A stretch of 23,136 nucleotides of DNA from Candidatus Sericytochromatia bacterium. Lineage in GTDB: Bacteria > Cyanobacteriota > Sericytochromatia > S15B-MN24 > JAQBPE01. Location of the stretch: the NCBI GenBank assembly GCA_035285125.1, contig JAYKHR010000160.1:1-23136 (forward strand). Direction: 5' to 3'. The position numbers and the translations under genes were made by a program. The notes beneath the pieces are model-generated. The model was not told the DNA's origin. It worked only from the letters and a program-made list of their open reading frames with translations, and did no database searches. Position 1 is the stretch's first letter. Each line of letters starts with the position of its first letter. Positions 16,930-23,136 of the stretch are shown here, in pieces.

Positions 16930-19401
16930 TGCGGCGGCTGGCCGCGGCGCTGCTCGTCGGCCTCGGGTGGCAGGCCTGGGGGTGCCAACTCCCTGCCGGG
17001 CCGGTGGCCGAGGCCCCTGACGTCCGACGCCCCAGCGTCTTGCGCGTGGAGGACGGCACCGCCACCCTCCAGGCCGTGCCGGTGCTCGAGCCCTTTCGCC
17101 TGCTGGCGCTGCGGCCCCCGCACCGGCCTGCGGACGTCGCGCGCCTCGTGGTCTCGTTGCACCGCCGGGTGGGGGGTGTCGCGGGCCATGCCCTGGGCGC
17201 TCTTTCGCTCGGGGAGCCGGCCCGGTTCGGCGACGGGCTGGTGTTCGAGGGCCTGCGCCGCCACACCACGTACGTGCTGCGGGGCCGGGCGGAGGACGCG
17301 TCGGGTGCCATCATCAGCGACGACGCCCGCTCCGAGGTGACCGTGGGCGTGGGGGCCGACGATGCCCTGCCCCCGGTGGCCCTGCGGGTCACGCTGGGGG
17401 ACCGTGCCTTTTCCGGGGTCGCCCCCGTTCCGCCTCCTGGGCTGGTGGCTGGCACCGTTCGTCCGGGCCACCGGGGCATCGTGTCGCTGTATGCCGGCGA
17501 GGCCGGCGTGCTGGCCGTGGATGGCCGGGTGCGCGTGGGCGTGACGTGCGGGCTGGCCGTGGCCCCCGACGGCAGCCTCGTGGTGGCCGAGGTCGACCAA
17601 CACAATGTACGCCGCGTCTCGCCGGCCGGCGGGTTGTCGACGCTGGCCGGGCCGGCCGAGTTCCAGACGGGGTGGGTGGATGCGCCGGGTGCCGCCGCGC
17701 GCTTCTGGTCGCCCGCGTCGCCCGTGCTCACGCCCGACGGCGCCGTGCTCCTCGCGGATCGCGACAACCACTGCATCCGGCGCATCGCGGCGGACGGGCA
17801 GGTGTCGACGCTGGCGGGCGGGGGCGCGGCCGGCCTGGTCGATGGCCCCGCGGCCGTGGCCCGGTTCAGCGCGCCCGAGGGGCTTGCGCGAGGCAGCGAT
17901 GGCACGCTCTATGTCGCCGACACCGGCAACCACTGCCTCCGCGTCATCGCGCCCGACGGCACCGTCTCGACCCTCGCGGGGTCGGGCGTCGCGGGGTACC
18001 GGGACGACGTGGGCCCTGCGGCGGCCTTCAACCGCCCCCGGGGCGTTGCGTGGTCGCCTTCAGGCACGCTCTACGTGGCGGACGCGAGCCTACGTGGCGG
18101 ACGCGAGCAACCACCGCCTCCGGGCCGTGAGCCCGACGGGCGTCGTGACCACCTTCGCGGGGTCAGGCACGGCTGGCACGCTGGACGGCACCGGCACGGC
18201 GGCCCGCTTCAATGTCCCCCGGGCCCTCGCCTGGCACCCGGAGGGCGGCCTCGTCGGCATCGACTACGGGGGGCACCGCATCCGGCGCATCTCGGCGGCA
18301 GGGGTGGTGACGACCCTGGCCGGCTCGACGACGGGCTTCGCCGACGGCCCGAGTGGCCTGCTCAACCGGCCAGAGGGCCTGGCGGTGGGGGCCGACGGCA
18401 CGGTCTTCGTGGCCGACTTCGGGGGGGTGCGGGCCCTGCTGAACGGGGGCTTGCGGACGCTGGTGCCCTCCGGCGCCGGGGACGCCGACGGGCCGGCGCT
18501 GGCGGCCCGCTTCAACCACCCGTATGGCCTGGCCCTCGCCCCCGACGGCACGCTCTACGTGGCGGACGGCCTCAACCACCGCATCCGCGCCATTTCCCCG
18601 GATGGCCTCGTCTCGACGGTGGCCGGCTCGGTGGCAGGCTTCGTCGACGCCACGGGGCCCGCGGCGCGCTTCAACGCCCCCGCGGGCGTCGCCGTCGGCC
18701 CCGACGGCTGTGTGTACGTGGCTGACCGGGTCAACCACCGCATCCGGAAGATCGCGCCGGGTGGCGTCGTCACCACGCTGGCAGGCTCGACGGCCGGCCT
18801 GGCAGACGGCACGGGCGGAGCCGCCCGCTTCAACGGGCCCATCGGCTTGGCCTTCGACGCCTCGGGCAGGCTGCTGGTGGCCGACACCAAGAACAACGTG
18901 ATCCGCGCCGTGACCCTGGCCGGCGCCGTCACGACCCTCGCGGGTTCCACGGTTGGCAGCGCGGACGGGCCTGCCGCCACGGCCCAGTTCTCGGCCCCAC
19001 AGGCCCTCGTCGCCGCCAAAGACGGCACCCTTTACGTGGCCGAGGGCGCGGGCGGCAACCACCGGCTCCGCCGCATCTCGCCCGCAGGCGAGGTCTCGAC
19101 GCTCGCGGGCTCCACCGACGGGTTCGCGGACGGCGTCGGGGCCGCCGCCCGGTTCTCGAACCCGGCGGGCCTCGCGCTGGCGGCCGACGGCAGCCTCGTC
19201 GTGGCCGGGGGGTGGGACCAGCGCCTCCGGCGCGTGACGCCGGACGGCACGGTCACCACCCTCGCAGGCGGCCTGGCAGGCTACCGCGACGGCGTGGGCC
19301 CCGAGGCCCGCTTCGACCACCCGAGCGGCGTGGCGATCGCCCCGGACGGCACCATCTTCGTCGCGGACCGCAACAGCCACTGCATCCGGCAGGTGCGCTG
19401 A
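16929..19401 (+). pseudogene. NHL-repeat lipoprotein 3, frameshifted by a 19-bp duplication (pseudogene, switched-off allele or assembly error)
   Basis: TGATG overlap start and MRRLAAALLVGLGWQAWGC signal. NHL repeats run in one frame to ~18089 and continue in another frame to the stop at 19401. Removing one 19-bp copy gives 2454 nt (817 aa) with 12 repeats, like its paralogues. Confidence 0.88.
18071..18108 (+). repeat. Exact 19-bp tandem duplication CTACGTGGCGGACGCGAGC x2
   Basis: Copies at 18071-18089 and 18090-18108, exactly at the frame switch. Confidence 0.97.
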
Positions 19402-19410
19402 AGCAGGCCT

Positions 19411-19440
19411 AGCCCTGCGGCGCAACGCGCCGAAGGGGCT
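19411..19440. terminator. Imperfect GC hairpin between convergent genes (candidate terminator)
   Basis: AGCCC..CGGCGC-AAC-GCGCCG..GGGCT in the 75-bp gap between NHL gene 3 and speA; no U-tract. Confidence 0.3.
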
Positions 19441-19476
19441 GCCCCGTGCGCTGCGGTGCGCTGACCGACGGCGACC

Positions 19477-21411
19477 TTACTCCTCCGACCAGAGGTAGGT
19501 GTAGCCGGCCAGCGCGCGCTCGTAGTGCCGCAGCAGCAATCGCTGCTCGGCGATCGTGATGCGCTTCTCGCGCAGCGCGCGCTCCGTCTCGCGGCGGATG
19601 CTTTCCACGAGGGCCTCGTCGTCGTACTGCATGTAGCGCAGCACCTCGCGCATGGTGTCGCCCTTCACGACGTGCTCCAGCGTGTAGCCTTCCTCGCCGC
19701 CGGGCGTCAGGTGCACGTGGACCGTGTTCGTGTCGCCGAAGAGGTTGTGCAGGTTGCCGAGGATCTCCTGGTAGGCGCCGTTCAGGAACATGCCGAGGTA
19801 GTAAGGCTCGCCATCCCGGAAGGGGTGGAGCTCCAGCGCGTGCTTCACGTCGCGGATGTCGATGAAGTCGTCGATCTTGCCGTCGGAGTCACACGTGAGG
19901 TCCGCCAGCGTGCCTCGGGCGTCGGGGCGCTCGTTCAGGCGGTGGATCGGCATGATCGGGAAGAGCTGGTCGATGGCCCAGTTGTCAGGCGCCGACTGGA
20001 ACACCGAGAAGTTGCAGTAGTAGGTCGTCGCGAGCAGCTGCTCGAGGTCGCCCAGTTCCTCGGGCACGAACTTCAGCGTCCGCAACAGGGGCTGGATGCG
20101 CCGGCAGCAGGCCCAGAACAGCTCCTCCGCCCGGGCGCGCTGCTCGAGGGAGAGGTAGCCCATCGTGAACAGGCTCAGGGCCTCGTCCTTGAACTGCGTC
20201 GCGTCGTGGTAGGCCTCCTGCACGTTGCCCTTGTGGATGCCCTCCCAGGTGTCGTAGAGGTCCCGCAGCAGCTGGTGGTCTTCTGGCGACGGCTTCACGG
20301 GGGGCTTGCTGATGATCTCACCGACGCCCAGCACGTCGAACACCAGCAGCGACTGGTGCGAGCTCGTGGCTCGGCCAGACTCGGAGATGAGCGTGGGGTC
20401 GGGCACGCCGGCCGTCCGGCAGGCGTCCTGGATGCTGGAAACGACGTCCGCCGCGTACTCCACCATGCTGTAGTTTTTCGACGCGTGGAAGCTCGTCTTG
20501 GAGCCGTCGTAGTCGATGCCGAGGCCGCCACCCACGTCGAGGTAGCGCATCGGCGCGCCCAGCTTGGCGAGGTGCACGTAAAACTGCGAGGCCTCGCGCA
20601 TCGCGTTCTTGATGACGCTGATATTGGAGATCTGCGAGCCCACGTGGAAATGCAGCAGCTGCAGCGAGTCGAGCATGCCGTGGGCCTTGAAGGTCTCGAC
20701 GACTTCCATGATCTCGGCTGCCGACAGGCCGAACTTGGCGCGGTCTCCCACGGAGTCGCCCCAGCGGCCGATGCCGCGAGCCGCGAGCTTGGCCCGCACG
20801 CCGACGAGCGGCTTGATGCCGAGCTTCTTGGCCGCGGCCAGCACCAGCGAGACCTCGTTGAGCTTCTCGATGACGATGATGGTCGTCTGCCCCAGCCGCT
20901 GGGCCAGCAGGGCCGTCTCGATGTACTCGGAGTCCTTGTAGCCGTTGCACAGCAGGAGCGCGCCCGGCGTCTTCAGCGTGGCGAGGGCGATCAGCAACTC
21001 GGGCTTGGAGCCGGCCTCCAGGCCGAACTGGTAGGCGGCGCCGTACTTGACGATCTCCTCGACCACGTGGCGCTGCTGGCAGACCTTCACGGGGAACACG
21101 CCCCGGTACTCGCCGCCGTAGCCGTACTCCGCGATGGCGTCCCGGAAGGCCTCGTTCAGGCGGCGGATGCGGTCCGCGAGGATGTCGGAGAAGCGGATGA
21201 GCAGCGGCATGTTGAGGCCGCGCCGCTGGATGTCGCACACGAGGTCGAACAGGTCGAGCGTGTAGCGCCCCTCGCCCGAGGGGTCCACGGCCACGCGGCC
21301 CGCCTCGTTGATCTTGAAGTAGGGCTCGCCCCAGTCGAGGATGTGGTACAGCTGCTCGCTGTCGCGCACGGTCCAGTCCTGGTCTCCGGCTTTGAGATCG
21401 TCGACGGTCAC
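19477..21411 (-). CDS. speA: Biosynthetic arginine decarboxylase (PLP fold type III)
   Basis: W...DSEQLY.I..WGEPYF, FPVK (PLP Lys), LEAGSKPEL, CNGYKD, AKFGL, LHFHVGSQ, DVGGGLGIDYDG, ISESGRA, LADLTCDSDGKI and GAYQEILGNLHNLFGDT; GTG start at 21411 with a GAGGG RBS gives 644 aa, the typical length. Confidence 0.97.
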   Translation of the reverse strand: MTVDDLKAGDQDWTVRDSEQLYHILDWGEPYFKINEAGRVAVDPSGEGRYTLDLFDLVCDIQRRGLNMPLLIRFSDILADRIRRLNEAFRDAIAEYGYGGEYRGVFPVKVCQQRHVVEEIVKYGAAYQFGLEAGSKPELLIALATLKTPGALLLCNGYKDSEYIETALLAQRLGQTTIIVIEKLNEVSLVLAAAKKLGIKPLVGVRAKLAARGIGRWGDSVGDRAKFGLSAAEIMEVVETFKAHGMLDSLQLLHFHVGSQISNISVIKNAMREASQFYVHLAKLGAPMRYLDVGGGLGIDYDGSKTSFHASKNYSMVEYAADVVSSIQDACRTAGVPDPTLISESGRATSSHQSLLVFDVLGVGEIISKPPVKPSPEDHQLLRDLYDTWEGIHKGNVQEAYHDATQFKDEALSLFTMGYLSLEQRARAEELFWACCRRIQPLLRTLKFVPEELGDLEQLLATTYYCNFSVFQSAPDNWAIDQLFPIMPIHRLNERPDARGTLADLTCDSDGKIDDFIDIRDVKHALELHPFRDGEPYYLGMFLNGAYQEILGNLHNLFGDTNTVHVHLTPGGEEGYTLEHVVKGDTMREVLRYMQYDDEALVESIRRETERALREKRITIAEQRLLLRHYERALAGYTYLWSEE

Positions 21412-21453
21412 GGGTAGGCCCTCGTTGCTGGGCGCACGGCAGCGTGCGTCGGT

Positions 21454-21464
21454 CCATTGTACCA
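21454..21464 (-). promoter_or_regulatory. Extended -10 promoter (TG-G-TACAAT) of speA
   Basis: The minus strand reads TGGTACAATGG; TACAAT at 21461-21456, about 45 nt upstream of the start codon. Confidence 0.6.
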
Positions 21465-21497
21465 GGAAAGGCGCGCCGTGACGGAGCCCGGGGGGCT

Positions 21498-22550
21498 TCA
21501 GGTCGCCTGCAGCCCCCCGGGGCCGGGGCCACCGGCCAGCCAGCGTGCGCGGAGGGCCTCCCAGTGCCTGATGCGCGGCCCGAGCAGGTGCCACGCGCCC
21601 TCGAACACCACGTCTGGAAGCCCCATCGCCCGCTTGGTGCGGGCGTCGCGATCGAGGGGGTGGCGCTCGCCCTCCAGCCCCCGCACCCGGTTGAAGCCGA
21701 GCTCGGGCAGGAAGACCAGGGACGTGCTCGGGATCGGCCAGTCGGAGCCGTGCAGGATGCGGTCGATGTGGCGGCTCGCCGCGAACCGGCGAATCTGGCT
21801 GCGCCGCACGAGCGAGGCGAAGGCCGAGGTGTCGCCGTAGGCGTTCGGGTAGCGCTCCAGCAGCCGCACGAACTCGACGCTGTAGTCGTGGCCAGGGAAC
21901 AGCCACGAGCCCGTGCCGCAGTGGCTGAACACCACCGGGATGCCGCGCTGGAGCAGGCCCTCGTACAGCAGGGGGTTGCCCAGCTCCTGCGCCATCCCGG
22001 GGAAGGTGTGCTCGCAGCCTGAGTGGGCGATGACGGGCAGGTCGAGCTCGCGCAGGGCGTCCAGGAAACGCGCGTGGGCAGAGGCCGACGGGTCGAACTT
22101 CTGCAGCGGCCCCAGCCACTTCAGGGCCACGGCGTCGGGCCCCCATCGCTGGAGCTCCGCCACGGCGTCGGCGCGCTGGGGGTTCACGGAGATGACGGGC
22201 AGCAGCTTGGGTGAGCGGCGGCACACCTGGAAGGTCCAGGCGTTGGGCACGAAGAGGTGGCTTTGGGCAAGGTCGAGCTCTCCCCCGCCCGTGTAGACGC
22301 CGTCCAGGGCGAAGGCCGTCACGTAGTCGAGCTCCGTCGCGCTCTCGGCGAACGCGGCCAGGCGCTGCGCGAAGGTCTCCGTGGCGCCGAGCCCGTCGCG
22401 CGTGTCGATGCCGATCACCCGCTCGAGCGCCTTGAAGGCCAGGGAGCGCCGCATGCGCGGCGAGACGTGGCAGCCGGGCGCCCCCCCGTCCAGCCCGGCG
22501 AGGTGCACGTGGACATCGATGCGGGGGATGCGGCCTGCCGGCGGCGTCAC
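21498..22550 (-). CDS. Amidohydrolase superfamily protein (TIM-barrel, Amidohydro_2-like)
   Basis: N-terminal IDVHVH metal motif, SVNP, ALKWL, PVIAHSG, VVFSHCG, YGDTSA and LHGSDWP; GTG start at 22550 overlaps the upstream TGA (GTGA). Confidence 0.9.
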   Translation of the reverse strand: MTPPAGRIPRIDVHVHLAGLDGGAPGCHVSPRMRRSLAFKALERVIGIDTRDGLGATETFAQRLAAFAESATELDYVTAFALDGVYTGGGELDLAQSHLFVPNAWTFQVCRRSPKLLPVISVNPQRADAVAELQRWGPDAVALKWLGPLQKFDPSASAHARFLDALRELDLPVIAHSGCEHTFPGMAQELGNPLLYEGLLQRGIPVVFSHCGTGSWLFPGHDYSVEFVRLLERYPNAYGDTSAFASLVRRSQIRRFAASRHIDRILHGSDWPIPSTSLVFLPELGFNRVRGLEGERHPLDRDARTKRAMGLPDVVFEGAWHLLGPRIRHWEALRARWLAGGPGPGGLQAT

Positions 22551-23136
22551 AGCCGGAACTCCACGCGCGTCTCGCGCTCCGGCTGCGGCTCGCCCCGGCG
22601 GGCGCGCTCTCGCGCCGCCCGGATCCACAGGTTGGCGGTGTCGGCCGGGCACGAGACGAAGCGCGCCTCGCCGCGCCGCAGCACCTCGCCCTGGTTCACG
22701 AGCACGCCCATGTCCTGGTCGAGGACCAGCTTGCCCACCAGCGGCATGAAGGGCGCCATCAGCGGCGTGAGCCAGCCCATCCGCCACGTCAGGTACACGT
22801 GGACGCGCGTCTCGTGATCGTTGACGGGCGTGCAGACCTGGAAGCCGATGACCGACCTGCGGGTCCCGAAGTGGTAGGCCACGCGGACCGTCGCCGGCAA
22901 GAAGAAGCGGTCCTGGTGCGTGACGGCCTCGCCGCGGGGCACCAGCAGGCGCCCGAGCAGGCTGCTGGTCTGCTGGTCCTCGTCGATGTCGATCACCACG
23001 CCGTCCGACACCGCCCGAACCACCGTGCGGGCGCCGTGGCTGGCGGGCGTGCGGAACAGGCCGCCGTGGACGTACCCCGTGTGGGGGCAGTCGATGAAGT
23101 TCTCGATGACGTTCTCGACGGCGTTCGGGATGGTGG
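22547..23136 (-). CDS. Rieske non-heme iron oxygenase, C-terminal catalytic domain (5' part outside the window)
   Basis: The frame is open to the window edge. My translation gives TIPNAVENVIENFIDCPHTGYVHGG (E-N-x-x-D-x-x-H-x4-H iron motif, 23066-23104), then F-x-x-P, TPV...ETRV and VLDQD...L..Q (Asp ligand region). Confidence 0.88.
   Translation of the reverse strand, partial: TIPNAVENVIENFIDCPHTGYVHGGLFRTPASHGARTVVRAVSDGVVIDIDEDQQTSSLLGRLLVPRGEAVTHQDRFFLPATVRVAYHFGTRRSVIGFQVCTPVNDHETRVHVYLTWRMGWLTPLMAPFMPLVGKLVLDQDMGVLVNQGEVLRRGEARFVSCPADTANLWIRAARERARRGEPQPERETRVEFRL

Noticed and set aside
18060..18120. Programmed ribosomal frameshift in NHL gene 3
   Set aside because: There is no slippery heptamer or homopolymer; the shift is fully explained by the 19-bp duplication.
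12600..19401. Recurring DNA repeats as a CRISPR array or DGR template/variable repeat
   Set aside because: The repeats are degenerate, codon-phased NHL coding units. No identical repeat-spacer structure, cas gene, reverse transcriptase or adenine-specific mismatch pair was seen.
1..21411. Functional link between the GSP-synthase-like ligase and speA (polyamine conjugation pathway)
   Set aside because: The genes are 18 kb apart, on opposite strands and separated by unrelated genes; there is no sequence evidence of linkage.
21412..22224. Apparent 270-aa N-terminal extension of SpeA (915-aa ORF)
   Set aside because: It overlaps the amidohydrolase in another frame and is low-complexity; a promoter, RBS and GTG at 21411 give the normal SpeA length.

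Overview
Very GC-rich bacterial DNA with 18 protein-coding genes (two truncated by the window edges, one frameshifted). No rRNA, tRNA, CRISPR array or mobile element was recognised. Left to right: a 5'-truncated circularly permuted ATP-grasp-type ligase coupled to an ABC-2 exporter pair; an S8 subtilase; a hypothetical lipoprotein and an M30-like HEXXH lipoprotein metalloprotease (minus strand); an SPFH lipoprotein; ferrochelatase hemH with an unusual Cys-rich tail plus a coupled membrane protein; a four-EF-hand protein; a five-gene lipoprotein cluster (10449-19401); then, on the minus strand, speA, an amidohydrolase and the 3' part of a Rieske non-heme-iron oxygenase. The most striking element is the cluster. 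A small stand-alone beta-domain lipoprotein and three paralogous lipoproteins carry the same N-terminal domain, and the three paralogues add 12 NHL repeats each. All five proteins carry an exposed [R/F]-R-L-[L/Q] motif, and the two small ones share a C-terminal strand-like motif. This resembles the logic of proteolytically matured lipoprotein (type V-like) fimbriae, which is inference and not demonstrated. The third NHL gene is broken by an exact 19-bp tandem duplication. A GGTAYMATGG promoter-like motif precedes three genes. The cyanobacteria-like SpeA and HemH in high-GC DNA suggest a non-photosynthetic relative of cyanobacteria such as Sericytochromatia (unverified).
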